Source of the DNA: Ginglymostoma cirratum
Lineage: Eukaryota
Direction of reading: 5' to 3'
DNA length: 64,000 nucleotides
NCBI GenBank assembly: GCA_024137785.1
Contig: JAHRHZ010000002.1
Location: forward strand, 10,891,263-10,955,262
Under the pieces are notes generated by a model that was not told the DNA's origin, made no database searches, and saw only the letters and a list, made by a program, of their open reading frames with translations. Positions within the stretch are counted from its first letter, which is position 1, and the number at the start of each line of letters is the position of its first letter. Positions 13,901 through 28,900 of this stretch are shown piece after piece. Both the position numbers and the translations under genes were made by a program.

Positions 13901-16900
13901 CCGGACAATAGGCTCTTTTAAATGGTTGAAGGATGTTGTGGAAGTTTCCAATCAGACTGCGAAGTTCACAGGGCGAGTGCACACACCCCAAGAGGATTTC
14001 ATCCACAGCCGCAATGCCTCCCTCTTTCTGAAGGAGCTGAAAGTGACTGATTCCGGGATGTATAGGTGCAGCGTGAAATTCATGCAGCTGGGTGAGGAAT
14101 ATGGGAATGGAACACAGCTCATGGTGAGAGGTAAGTGTTTCACTTGTCTGCAAATAGCCATGCGTGGCAGGAGAAATAAGTGCCACAGCACGACTGGTAA
14201 CTTTTCCCAGTTTTTTCCGCCGATGGGGTTCTCTTCAGTTCGAGGACGCTCCCGGTAACACAATTATAGAAAAGTACAATCTTGCACAAGTAAGACATGC
14301 CTTCGTGACTTTTTATGTCCAGTTTTAATGAATAATGTACATTTATATTGTTTGTAAACATTTATAAAGTCAATAACGTGTAAACTATACATGGAAAGTT
14401 ACTACTATCGTGCCTTCAGTATTAAATTCGGTGTGGAGTTTGCACATTCTCCCTGTGTCTGCGTGGGTTTCCTCCCACAGCCCAAAGATGTGCATGTTAG
14501 GGTGGATTAACCATGCTAAATCGCCCATAGTGTTCAAGGATGTGCAGGTTAAGTGGGTTAGCCATGAGAAATGCAGAGTTACAAGGATAGGGTCAGGGAA
14601 TGGGTCTGGGTGGGATGCCCTTCCGATGGGCCGAATTACCTGTTTCCACACTGTAGGGATTCCATTCTAATTTAGCTATGGATACATTATCAGCCTTTTT
14701 GCAAACTTTTTTGTCACGTACTCCCACGAGCGTCCAGATTACCCACTGTCCCAGATTATAATAATCAAATAGGAATCGATAATTTACGCAGGAGCCTGAT
14801 TGTCGCTTTGAAAATTAACTGGGACGAGTATATTGAAAATTGTAGAATAACAACTAATTTAATGCGCAAATGGAGGCAATGTAGTCATAGTGTCATACAG
14901 CACGGAAGCAGACCCTTCAGTCTAACCAATCCATGCTGACCATAATCCCAAGCCAAACTCGTCCCACCTGCCTGTGCTTGGGCCATGTCCCTCCACACAT
15001 TGCTTATTCATGTGCTTATTCAAATGTCTTTTAAATGTTGTACCTGTTTCCACATCCACTGCCTCTGGAAGTTCATTCCACACACGAACCACTCTCTGCG
15101 TAAAAAAAAAAATTGCCCCCATGTCTTTTTTAAACCTCGCTGCTCTCACCTGTAGTATATGCCCCCTGGTCTTGAAATTCCCTATCCTACGGAAAGGACA
15201 CCTACCATTTACTCTATCTCTACACCTCATGATTTTATAAACTTCTATCAGATCACTTTTCGACCTCCGACGCTCTCGGGAAAAAAGTCCCAGCCTATCT
15301 ATCCTTTCTTTATAACTCATACCTTTCGTACCTGGCAACATTCTTGTAAATCTCTTTTGAGCCATCTCCAGCTTCATAATATTCTTCCTGTAACAGGGCG
15401 ACCAGAACTGGACACAGCATTCCAGAAGAGGAGCCTGATTTTCATTTTGAAAATTAACTGGGAAGAGTATTTTGATAATTCTGAAGTTGCAGGAATAATA
15501 ATTATTTAAACATGCGAATGGAAGCAATCATAATATTATGGAGTACAAAAGTGGAGAAAATATTCCTCTGTTGCTTGAAATTACACTTGAACCAAATCTG
15601 GAGTAATTTGGAGGCTTTAGATCCAGAAGGATACATTAGCCTTGCAAGGTCACAATCCTGACCTGCTCGTGTATTATTGCAACTTGGTGTTTAAGCTGAT
15701 GCACGGTTTTGGATTTTATAGATAGGGAAAAAATATTTCTTTTAGCGGGAGCATCAAGAACGGTGGAACATGATCTGAAAATTAGAGACCGATAATTAAA
15801 CAGTGAAGGCAGGATACAGATTCAAATACAAAAGAGGGTGAGAATCTGGAACCCTCTTTGGAAAGCCTGAAAGTACTGAAACTTGAAAAGGCAATGTTGA
15901 CGGATATTGCCAGACAGTGTTAATAAAGGCTATGTAAATTGTCTCGGCAGTTTGAGTTCAGGTTCAGATCAACCATGACCTAACTAAATGATTGAATAGA
16001 TGCAAGGGGCTGAATGGCATGTTTCTTTTACCTGCGTTGTGCTCTGATTTGTTCTTTTTGTTTCTTAGAGAAACCAAAAGGTGGCATGACATTCTGGTTA
16101 TTCCTGTTGATCGGTGCTCTGGTACAACTAGCTCTCCTGATAATTGTTGTGCCCTACTGTGTGAAGTTACACAGAATGAAAGGTAAGGACGTGTGTTTTT
16201 TTGCTGTTTGGCAGATGTAAAGGTTGTGAGATATCATGTTGCAAACATTTACTTTTGTATTTTTTAGGTTGGCATATCTGATTGGCACTCTTATTCACTT
16301 TGCCTTTATCTATCTCTTGAATTTCCTTCTCCCCAACTCGAACCATTTGCCATACTGTCTGTACCTCATCGGAGGTATCACCTGTGGGTCAAAATTCTCA
16401 CGCACCTTCTCTCCCCTTTCCAAAGCACACACTACTAAAGACCTTAACCAATTAGAGTGAACGCGTCCAGTTCACCTAGTATGATCCATTTCCCAAAAAC
16501 TTGAGTAAAATCAACCCACAACAGACCTGCATATGCAATCAGAGGACAACACCGATTTAAATCAATGTTGGATCCCCTCTCTTACAACCTATCACAGCTA
16601 ATACACTTTCCTTCATATCTTCCAAATCTCCAATAGACACAGTAACCATTACTAATTAACTGTTCCAATATAGTAACAATCCATAAACGCACCTTTTGTA
16701 CAAGGCAAATTCAGTAAACACATTGTCTCACATGCACCTCCCACAGCAGGCAGAGAATACCCAATTTTTGGCTATATTCAAGAGAAGGAACGAATAACTT
16801 TCACTTCTTCAGGAGCCCAACTGCAACTGCTGAGAGCTGAAACTAAAAATCCTGATTCTTTGAGAGCTTGCCCGTACCCTCTCAGGCTGCTTCCATTGTT

Positions 16901-19900
16901 CCAACTTTTAAGTAAAAGCACCCAAGGCCTCACAAGCTGTTTACTTTACTGGCTTTCCAACTAGCCAGCTCTGCACCTCTGTTTTATCCCTCTCTTTAAA
17001 AAACAAGAAGAAAATAACCTTTTAAGCTACTGTATTATCACAAAATCATTTTAGCAATTTCCCCTCACTGCAGTTACAGAATTCATTGGGGAAGGCGATG
17101 GTTGTGTGGGGGCGCTGAGGGATTCAGTGCCCCTGGAAAGGGAGGTAGGGGTCCCCAATCATCGCCGCGTGCTGCATACTGCTGGGCATCCTTTTCCAGC
17201 TTTCCCCAATCCATTCCAGAATCACTCTGCCCCTCAGGCTGAATTGTCCCAAATACCTACGTAATTCTTTTCTGTATCAACAGCTGAGATTTTAATTTAT
17301 CAATCCGCTGCTAGCATTTTGAACAGTCAGCCACGGAGATTCCTCTTTCTCTGCCTACTTAATACGGAACTTCAACAGCAGCCTGCAAATTGGCACATTT
17401 TCCGTTCAGTTCATTCACAGTCTGTTTGGCAATGTTATGACCCCTGTTTGCACTGGGTACTCCTTAGTAAGCCTTCTCACATTGGATCAGAATGTGGCCC
17501 ACGTACAACACATTTATCTGACTCCTTTGCTCCTGTTCCACCACTTTTCTCAGTAACCTTTCCAAATGCTCACGTAATTTTCCTCATATCGTCTCTCATT
17601 GTCTTCATGCAATATTTTATCCTCTTACTCTCTACTCGTTAACTGCTCCAAACTGACTATTGCTGTAGCCTTACTAAGTAAGCTTGGTAACATGCTTTCC
17701 TTGCTCTCCACATGTTACAACACAACATTTCTGATCAATGGATCCCAGACTCGTTACTAATTTACTGCAATGCTCAACAACGAGGTCTCAGTCTTATTTA
17801 GCTCCTTCCTTAAGATCTCCGACCATGCTTGGCGATCTGCCATTCTTTACTCTTAACTCTTTAGGCATCTTCTAGGTGATAGCTGAAGCGACAAGATTTA
17901 CTTCACAAATTCTGCAGTTAGTTTCTCACACTCAGCAAACACCAGCTTTATTCCCAACTGCTGATCAATTCTCTAAGGCTGGAGAATTCGACTTCCAAAC
18001 AACTTAAAGTCTCAGCAGATCAATGGTCACTCACTGTTGCCCCAAAAGAGTACTCAGACTTTTTTACTCAGATATGTGACAGACAAATGACAGGGAACTT
18101 CATTAAACAAGCTCTTCATTATTTTATCTCCCAGTTATAGGAAGGCTGTTATTAAGCTGGAGAGGGTTCAGAAGAGATTTCCGAAGATGTTGCCGGGGAT
18201 GGAGGGTTTGAGTTTTAAAGGAAGGCGACATAAAAGCTGAGACTTTTGTCATTAGATGTTAAGAGGTGACCTTCCAGTGGTTTATGACATCATGATGGGT
18301 ACGGATAGGGTAAATGGAATGGTGTCTTTTCCCATTCTAGGGATTTCAAGACTCAGGGGCATATCTTTTAAGGTGAGACAAGAAGGATTTCAATGAGGCA
18401 CAAGGGGAAAATCTTTTGCACAGAGAGTGGTTCACATATGGAATGAACTTCCTGAAGAAGTGGTGGATGGAGGCACAGTTACAACATTTAAATGTCACTG
18501 AGATAAGTGCATGAATAGGAGAGGTTGTGGGGTGTGGTGGATATAAGCCTCGAGTCGGCAGATGGGACGAGTTTACCTTGGAATTATGGTCAGCGTGGAT
18601 TGGTTTCACGGAAGGGTCTGCTTTCATGCTGTGTGGCGCTATGACCATGACTCAGTAGAAGGCATACATTAGTTTCAACATTTAATTCTTACTTCATTTC
18701 ACTCAAATTCAACTTTAACTCACTTCATTTAAATTCACCTTATCTTACTTTGCTTAATTCATATTTAACCCCAATTCATACTTTAACTCTATAAGTTTGG
18801 CTTGAATCAAATATGATTTGAGCGAAATGCCCAACATTGCTCTTAGTGCAGATATTGCTTTGTGATTCTTTATTTTCTCTGAAGATCATTTCAGGGCCAG
18901 ATTTCTCAAATTTGGTCTTGAAGGTTTCTACTGCAAAACATTCCTTTGTTCTGTTAAACTATCTCAAAAAGTATGCACCTCCTGCAGAGACTTCTCTGAC
19001 GCTCAACCAATGAATTGACCAAAGCCAGATCACATTGTTCAATCTCAACTAATGGAGTTTATTTGTTAATAGCTCCCAAATGATTACAGCAAATAAACAG
19101 CCACATCCCATGCTCCATGTTAGGCAGTAGTGGTGCCAGCATGTCGAGAAACCATCATGACACTTTCCTTATTTGGTCAACACAGGAAACTGCAGATCAC
19201 AACATGTCCTGGCTCCAACTTTATCTGAGGCCAGAGTTTAAACTAGCTTGACCCCAATTCCCAGCATGCTTCATTGTAGCTCTTAACCAGTCTTGTAAGT
19301 ATTTCTGCTGCTGGCCACCTGACCACAGAACATACTGATTTTCCCATGGCAATCACGCCAAAAGTTAAAATATTAATACTTCTAAATGCATTGCAACAGG
19401 GAATGTGCGCACTCTGTCCAACTGGATCATTCTAGCAGCGGTCTAAGCCCCCTCTCACTATTTCAACACACTCTACACTGCTTTATTTCTTACGTACGGA
19501 GCAGTTTGCCTCAACTGCTGCAACCCACAGCAACATTTCGGCCTTGCTGTTGTTGAATCAGTTTCTCCTTGTTGCATTTATTGTTGCATTTATAACCTCA
19601 CGAACAGAAATGTTTCATCGATTTCTACCAACAAATGCTCTCAGAAATTCTTTTTGGCTGCCCCTTGGTCTATTCTTTCCGCTGATACATTTTGAGAGAA
19701 AAAAATGAATTAAAGTCAATCATATGCGTTTGCATTGTTCTTTATTTTGTCTGTCGTTTGCAGTGAATAACTTTATGCAATTAATATTTTGAAGTGCAAA
19801 CTATGCAGTTCCATGCACAAAACTGGCAGCAATGAATACTGAGACTTAAGTAAAAAGAACTGTCTTTTGTAATCCAATATTTTTCTCGTTTCCCTTTATT

Positions 19901-22900
19901 TTAGGTGCTCAACGTGCTCAAAGGTGAGTTATCATCAGCAGGTACACATTTACTGGTTAAGAAATGCACTCTGTTAGCATTTGAACTGATTGAACGATTT
20001 TTATAATGTTTAGCAGTAAATTTCATTTCACGCAGATTGTCTGCAACCCATTTTCTGCAAGGATACGGGAGCCTGAAACACTCATGAGAGTTGAGACAGA
20101 GCTCCACGTAAATGCACTTAAGATGCCCAAAGTTAAAGGTCAAATTTTGGAAAGTTATAGACAACCAGGAAAATCACCTTATCTCAACAGACATGATGGG
20201 TTGAATAGCCTTCTCTCTGCTTTAAATATATCCACATTTCTGCCGTCAAATGTTATCAGCAAATGTGGTTGAGTTCTTACTTTTCTTTGTTTTGCAGACA
20301 AGTCCAAGTTATTTCAGAAATCATCTGCATAGATGGTACGTAAAGCTGGTTTTGGTTATATTTGAAAATAATATAAACTTCTATGGGATTATTAAAACCC
20401 TCAGGATTACTATGATACTGAGTTTAAAATAGTTGAAAAATTTCCAGTTTGACACCCGAGTTATGATTCAGAAAAAAAAGTCCCCAAACATTACAGTTTT
20501 CTTAACTCATTTAATAGCTTCTTATAAATGTTTCTATTTCCACAAAGTACTTACCTCTCAGTCAATGGCACCTGATTTAATCAAAGGCAGCACTTTGTTT
20601 TCACTCTTCCGTTGAACAGAAATCCCACCTTTAGAGATAATTACAATTTTCTGCCTCTTAACAGATTGTCTTCGTCATGGTGTGCACTTACGCAAGTTAG
20701 AGGAAAGCAAAGTTCTGTGGGAGAAACAAGTATACAATTCCAGGAATGTGGATACGAATATTAGTGAAAAAACATACACTTTGTCACACTTGTCTTGTAC
20801 CCATTAGGACAATTGAATAATCTAAATACTAAAGTAAAGGGAAAACATATTGTATATCATAGTATTGTATGAGTGAAAATGCGAATTGGTTGGCAAATTA
20901 CCTCTGACGACGGAGGCATTGAGATGTAGGATGAACTAGTTCTGGATGACTGACAGTTAACTGCCAAATTTTCATTAAATATTCAACTCGGCAGCTTGAC
21001 CCTGATTGGTCAGGGCATTGCCCAACTGATAATCCTAAATTGGTTATCAGTGTAACTCTTCACGAATCAGGATTATATAGCATTTATTTTCCTATCACAG
21101 AATCACCGTAGTGTTGGACGCTGCATTGTGAGGTTTGGAAGTGCAGACAAGTTGAATACCTTTCTTGTTTCACTGAGTTGGAGGGATATTCAGTGTCATA
21201 AAATTCTAGAGTGCTACAGAGATCGGGCTGGAGAGTCGGACTAGCTGGGTAGCTTTTGGGGGGGCTAGTACAGGCACGATAACTTGAATGGCTTCCTTCT
21301 ATGTGGTAAGTTTCCATGATTCTATGTTTCTAAGTTCTGCAATTCATAGGGACAAATGGCTGGCTTTCCTAGCGTCGGCACAACAATGAAATTCGCATGC
21401 CACATTAATTGCAGTGTGATAGGCAGAATGCCTTTTCAGCTTGGCCGGAAAAATGAAACAGATGTGTTTGCTGTGACTGAAATTAATGATGTGGTATGTG
21501 CCTATCAATACCTGTTTGATGCTCGACAGGTAAGCCATATGTTTGTTTGACAATTAGCAAATATCATATAAAATGACATATCCTTTCAGATGTTTGCCGT
21601 AACCAGAGGCTGAGTATTTGCAACCAGCCTATTTCGGCAAAAAGCAGACCAAACATTAGATGTGATCCTGTGATTAAACAACATTTTCAAAATACTCTTT
21701 GGGGGCATGCAAAACATAAACTTTCAATGATTCTCTTCAGCTATAATTACATGAAGTATGACCAAACCATTATTTGTCAATGGATATAAACATTAACAAA
21801 ATTTAAGGACTGTAGTGAGAGAGTGGGGAAAGTGTGTGAAAGTGAGAGTAACAGACTTGTGAAAGGGACAAGACAGACTCCATGGTCTGACACACATTCT
21901 ATTGAGCTGTGTCAGCCTATTCTATGGTTCTATTCTAATTGTGTGAATACCTGAGATGCTCAACTGTTGGATACATTGGGGTTGAATTTGGATGTGAATG
22001 GGGCTACAGGACACGCTGGAAATTGTATTTTACTGACTGTTTTCCCAGCTAATGAACGTACGCTCCTATCAAAGATGAGATTGAACATTAACCAGGAAAA
22101 TATCCTGCGGAATTGGGGGAAAGATAGTTTTACCTCTCAGACGATATCACTGTCTGTTGATTTTATTGAGGGGCAAGATTGTTTAGGGTATAGAGCCAAT
22201 ATTCTGAATATTCTTGCTGTTTTTCACAATTGGCAGTTTAAGGTAAAAATGCAGCTGTTTCAATGAAATTTCTCAAAATGCATAATTTGAGTCATAGTGT
22301 CGTACAGCAGAGAAACAGACCCTTCAGTCCAACCAGTCCATGCTGACCATAAGCCCAAACTAAACTAGTCACTAAGCCCATATCGCTCCAAACATTTCCT
22401 ATTCATTGTCAGAAATTCTTCATTCAATTAAACAGAAACCATTTCACAGCCAGTAAAATTCCCTGGCATCTTTCAAAGAAGAGTCTTTTAACTTTTGTAA
22501 CTTTACCCACATGCACCGCTTCCTCTGGAAGTTCATTGCCCACACGAAACACTCTCTGTGCAAAACATAAATGCCCTTCATATCTTTTTAAAATATTTCT
22601 CCTCTCACCCTAAAAATATGTCCGCTTGTCTTTATATACCGCACCCGAGGGAAAACAACCTGCCAGTCACCTTATCTGTACTTCATGACTTTATGAACCT
22701 CTTTAAGGTCACTCCTCAACCTCCAGCGAAAAAAATGTCCGAGACTATCCAGCCTCTCCTTAGAACTCAAACCCTCCATTCCTGCAACTTCCTGGTAAAT
22801 CTCTTCTGAATTCTCTCTAGCTTAATACTATCCTTCCTATCATAGGCCGACCAGAACCGAACACAGTACTCCGGAAGATTACTCACCAGCACTCTGTAAA

Positions 22901-25900
22901 ACCTCAAATGGATGTTGGTTCTTTTAAAAGACAGTCAGTTGAATAAGCAAACATTATAAACTTAAGGCATTTCATACAATTTCTGAGCTGCAATGAGTCT
23001 TATGCTTTTATTTTAACATCAGGAAGCAACTGTATCAAAGTTGCAAAACTATTACTGGCCCTCGGGACCTAACTGATGAGTTAAGTAACAATCAATTTAT
23101 ATATTACAGTGCCCTACAGACAGCAACTCTAAGTGTTACTATCAACATTGGTTCATGTTGGAATTACTTATGGGAATATTGTTGAACAGTAGTCGACAAG
23201 GGTACCCTACTCTTCTTTGAAAGACGCCAGGAAATTTTACTGACTGTGAAATGATTTCTGTTTAATTGAATGAAGAATGTCTGACAATGCTACACTCCCT
23301 CAGTTCCAGACAGAAATAAAAAGACATTTTTCTGTTCTCCGATTGTGGATTATCGCTTGAATCCAGATCTTTCACTATTTAGTGTTGCAAACTAAGCACA
23401 AGTGGAAGTTTTAAGAAGTCTTATGGACATACTTATGAGATAGTATCTTATATAGATTCATCTAGACGGTGGCTCAGTGTTTAGCACTGCTGCCTCACTG
23501 TGCCAGGGACCTGGGTTCCATTCCACACTCTGGCGACTGTCTGTGTGGAGATTGTGCGTTCTCCCCGTGTCTGCATGGGTTTCCGCCAGGTGCTCCGGTT
23601 TCCTCTCTCAGCCCAAAGATGTGCAGGCAAGGAGAATTGGCCATACCAAATTGCCTGCAGTGCTCAGAGGTGTGTGGATTAGGTGGGTTATGGGGGATTG
23701 GTCTGGGTGGGATTCTCTGAGTGTTGGTGTGTAATTGTTGGGCCAAACGGCCTGTTTCCACATTATAGGGATTCCATGACCACAAGAAACTCTTTCCATA
23801 AAAGTGCTGATAATGCAACATTTCTGACAATTCCAGCAGATACCTTCCGTTACAGAGGCCTAGGATCATACAGCACAGAAACAGACCCTTCGGTACAACC
23901 TGTCCATGCCGAACATAATCCCAAACTAAACTAGTCTAATCTGCCTGCTGCAGGCCCATATATCCCCAAACCTTTCCTATTCATGTCGGTTCCATATTTG
24001 CATTCTCATGCTTTTGTCTTTTAGATATTCTAACATTACCTGTCCTGGATGAAGTGCAGAATCTGGTAAGTAACCTGAAATGAAGACAATCACAACACTT
24101 GAAATCTGCATTTGCAGATTAGGATTGAAACAAAATATACCCAAGCCCCCATATACAAAATCAAATACAAGATTGCCGAAATGCCTAGATTGTTCCTGAA
24201 AATGATTGTCATTAAAGACCAGAAATAGATTTTGTTAAAAATAACTGGGAGGCTGACACTGCTCACTATTATACTCAAGGTCTGCTGCCTCAATTCAAAG
24301 TGTAGTTAATAATTTGCTGTCAGACCTCCCACACTTCTCCATTGGCTCTGATATTGTTGTCTCATCACCGGGAACAATGCACCAACTTGAACTTGGGATA
24401 ATTGATGACTAGCTTTCCAGTATAATGATGACAGATAACAATTAAAGCCAGCGCATTGAGAAGTAAATGACCTGAGCAACAATAAACGCTGACAGAAAAC
24501 TGTATTGCTTCTGAAGAAGTTCACAAGTATTAAGTGTCATTTCCGAAATAGGTAATGAGTTTGGAAATATCATTGTGTATGTACTGAGAGAGTGTGTATA
24601 CGTTTTAATCCTAACTGTATTTCACAATCTTATTTCACTTTCTGTTCTTGATTTAAATCCAGTTCATACACTTTGCTTTATCTATGACGGTTTGCATTCT
24701 GGGATTACAAGTGGCAGCATAAGTTGCTGGTAGCCAACAGATAATATTCCGTTCCATTGCTATCAACAGGATTAAACATCAAGGATAGTGATTAATCAGA
24801 AGTCAATTCCATACCATCTGCTTTGCTGCCATTTGTTAGAATATCTTTTATCCCTATGCGAGTCAGCGTGGATTGTTCAATTGGATAGTTCCTGGTCTTG
24901 CTGGATATGTTAGACTACCTGTAGATAGCACTCAGCTTAAAATTAATTTAAAACTTCTCTGAAGACTAAAATCTGTAAAACAAAGTTGTATACAACCGTA
25001 GCTGAGACAATGAATGATCGCCATTGATCAACTGTGAAACTCAGACATTACATTCTGCATTGATAAAGCTGATACCAAATAACCATAAGGAATATGACCA
25101 TCTTTCACTTCTAATTGTTCACAGACAAAACATATTATTTCAATGTTTTACCAAAAGGAAGTCATAACACACATCCATTGGCAAACCATAGGAAGAGTAT
25201 GGTTGAGTCTCATTTGGAGACAGTGCCAAAGGTTCTTAGAGTCTCCAATAACAAGTGAGAGATTGTTTAATCTGTGGTGAGGATTACCTTAAAAACCTGC
25301 ATTTCACTGATGCCTACTAGTTAAATTGTACATTTTAAGATCAACATCCTTAATATTCTGACTCCTTCCAGTCATATGAAGACATTTACTTCGTGCAGGA
25401 GAATATTTGTCTCTGTGGACTCAACATGACATGAAATTTCTGCATGTTTATTAACAACAATATCAAAAAAGTGAGCTGTTCTGGCATGTTGGTGACATGG
25501 GAAGCATGCCAGAGAGAATCTTTGGGTCCAAGCTTCCTGATGATGTCGTTAGCATGGGAGCTAAAGGGATTTTCTTACTCTGTTCTCACAATGTGTTAAA
25601 CAGAGTTGGGATATTTCTTTTTTACCAGTGATAACTTAAAACACAGTGAGAGGAGTTTCATGTCCAATTTTTAATGCATTTATTTTAGGGTGGCTACATT
25701 TGAAGCATTCATAGTGCAACACCATTTCTATACAGTTATGTTTAAGCTGCAGTAAAGCACAATGTTAATTGGAGCACACACGCGTGTAGGTGGCATGGGG
25801 ACTCAATCGTTAGCACTGCTGCTTCACGTCCAGGCAGGGAACTGGTTTAATTTGGGCAACAGGCTTTTTGGAAATTGTGCATTCTGCCTGTGTCTGTGTG

Positions 25901-28900
25901 GGTTTCCTTCCACAGTCCAAAGATGCGCAGGTGAGGTGGATTGGCCACGGTAAATTGCCCGTAGTGTCCATGGATGTGTTGATTAGGTGAATTAGCCACA
26001 GAAAATGCAGAGTTATAGGGTAGGGGGTTGAGTCTGTGTGGGATGGGATGCTGTTTGGAGGGCCAGTTCAGATTTGATAGGCGGAATGGCCTGCTTTCGC
26101 ACTGTGGGGAGTCTATTTATAACTTTAACTCTAACAGGAGAGAATTATGATTTTTTTTCTGTGACGGTTCATAGATGTATGACTATGTAAATGTATTAAA
26201 ATGTCTTGGTCTATAAAAATGTCCATTTTAATGCGTAATGTTTTATTTTATGACAGGATCAAGACGAGAGTGTACTGGAATCTGATGCACTGTGCATGGT
26301 ATGGAAGTATTCCACTTTGTTCAATTATGTTCCCCTTCATTGAAAACAGAGTAATCATGAACAGAGTTTAATTTGTGTTCCGTAGGTTGAAAACTATGAA
26401 GACACATCGATTTACACACCTATGGAAAGGTGAATCCTAATTCTTCCTTTGCAACAGTTGGAGATACAGACCGCAGCTATTCGTCTTCCAGTAGCACGTG
26501 TGGAATGCATAGTAGTCAGCTGAGGCATGATATAAAGCTATCTTAGTGTGGTTATGTATGGCATTGAGGTCAACGATGTAGAAATGTATGGGCTTTCCTG
26601 CGTTGCCCCCGACAACCGAACTTTAGGTCTACTAGAGAAGAGCAGGATTCCCTGTTACTTTTCATGGGTAGTCTATTGGATGCGCTGGAAACTGATAAAA
26701 AAAAAACACAACCTTGCACTGTTACAACAAAGTAAGCCTGGCGATTATCAGAAGACACTTGGTTGTGCTTTCCGAATTCAAATGTGGTCAACGATATTAA
26801 AACATCAAGCAACCATAAGGAAAATGATCATCTTTCACTTGTCATGTTTTCACAGAGAAACTGTAATATTTCAATTTTTCACCAGTGGAATGTCATAACA
26901 CTTTCCAATGGTGAAAAGTGGGAAGTGTGTGGTTTAATCATGCTGCAAGGATTCCCAGAATTCTCCAGCAACAAACAGTATTTTCAGCCCCTTCCATGTG
27001 CATTAGCAGCTGGTGGACCCGACAGTGGAGCAGGGTCTGCTCAGACACTTATTTCAAAGACGTGGTCCCAAGTGTTACTAAGTGGAAGGTGAAATCATCA
27101 CTGCACATCAATTTGGCCTCTTTAGGACACTTGTGCATACATTTTAAGCTCGCACACCAGAAAGGAGAAGATCAGCAGTTCATTCTGCATTCCATCAGCT
27201 TTTCTTCCCTGTCAGTTCAATGCTGTTCTGGAATCGCTCCTCTGATGATTCCCAGCAAGTTGACTTTCACCCCAACTGTTTTACGCCACACAATTTATTT
27301 CATTTTCTGCCATATCCCTCTCTGTATTTGATTGCTTCTTGTTGGGTTTCAAACGAAGTTATGTTCACGTAGAAGTGTTATTGACAGAGCAGGAGCAAAT
27401 TTTAACCATGGGCGAGATGAGCAGAAGAGCTGGTGAAATCCCAGTTTTACATTGTCAGCTGCATCACCCAACACGAGGGAGTTAAATCAGGTGCAATACG
27501 AAACGAATGGAGCAAGTGACCTACCATTTGGAACGTTGAGGGGATGGGTGCAGGTAGAGATTGAAGGAGAAGCAAATTTTACTCCTCATGACATTAGCTG
27601 AAGATTAATATTGAGTTGGATACAAAACTGGTTTTCCCTCTGAGCCTCTGGTCTTCTGTTGGTGGGGAGGGTGACGATTTCTCCCAGAGTCTCTGAAGTC
27701 ATCTTGCTGTCATAGAGTCGTACAGCATGGAAACAAACCCTTTGGTCCAACTATATTCGTCGCTGACCATATTCCAAAATTAAACCAGTCCCATTTGTCT
27801 GCGTTTAGCCCATATCCCTCCAAACTTTTCTCCAAACATTGTTGTAACTGTACATTCATCTACTACTTCATCTGGCAGTTTATTCTACACTGGAGTGACA
27901 CTGTGCTTAAAAAAAAAGTTGCCCCTGTCATTAGTATGAATGTGTGCTGTTCTTTAGGATTTCAATCTTTTGTCAGTGTTCACCATACAGGACAGTTTTG
28001 TAGATCAAGGATAAATAAGCTAACTTGCTTGTGCAGATATGTCCTCTAGATTGGCCACTATTGATAGAGTGGATGGGTTTGTTCTCGTTAGGAGCTGTCC
28101 AGAATTCTTCAGAAGTCGTCTACTACCATCAAGATGGGGATGGGGGAGTTACAGAGGGAGAAGTACCCTCGAGGGGATTAGGCCTCAGCTGTGGGGGTCC
28201 AGATTAATTTGTCCATTTACTCAGTTTGTCCACTTCAATAAGAAGCTAGCTGTGCAAATATTCAAGTCTCAGCTGCTCCAGAGGAGTGTCACAACATGTC
28301 TCTTAACATTATCTGCTTTTTTTTTTGTTTCTGACAGCCTAAAGACCTTTAGCAACTCAACAGCGACTGAGATGGGCAAGTAACGTTAAATGTTTCGAAG
28401 AGCTGGTGAGAAATTAGAAGTACTTCTTTGTGGACTAACAAAGCCCACTGAATCCTTGCTTTTATCTTTCTTACCATATATTGGGAGACCTTCTGGAAAT
28501 AGATACCCTTCCTGGCTTTTCAAGTGATAGTGATAGGGTAAGGTTTTGCTCTGGTGTCATGACAGTGCATTAATCTAGCACCTTTCAAGCTCAGAAGCGA
28601 TTTACAGCCAATGAGGGACTTTTGAAGTGTAGTCATTGATGCAGTGTTAAAAACACAGATTTGTATAAGGCAGTGTCCCATAGGAAGCAATTGATAATGA
28701 TAAAGTCTAATGTCACTTGTTCAGGAAAGCACGTCAGTCAAACCACTAGAGTGAACTCTCCTGCGGTTCTTCAAAATTATGTCATGGGATTTTTTGAATT
28801 TGATTTATTATTGTCACGTGTGCTGAGATACAATGGCCTCCTTTCCATCGGGGAACTAAGCAGAGGCTTGGAGACTGCTTTGTGGAACACCGACGCTCTG

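Noticed and set aside
13798-14258. V exons as rearranging Ig/TCR/IgNAR segments
   Set aside because: The J motif is already joined in the exon, no RSS is seen, and the exon splices directly to a TM exon with no C domain.
16400-17045. Possible solo LTR in the intron after the TM exon
   Set aside because: I could not identify both termini, a TSD or a second copy.
21356-21550. Possible extra cytoplasmic exon(s) with donors gtatgt/gtaagc
   Set aside because: Phase-1 entry at the ttttcag acceptor hits TGA, and exons 20298 and 24025 already join in frame.
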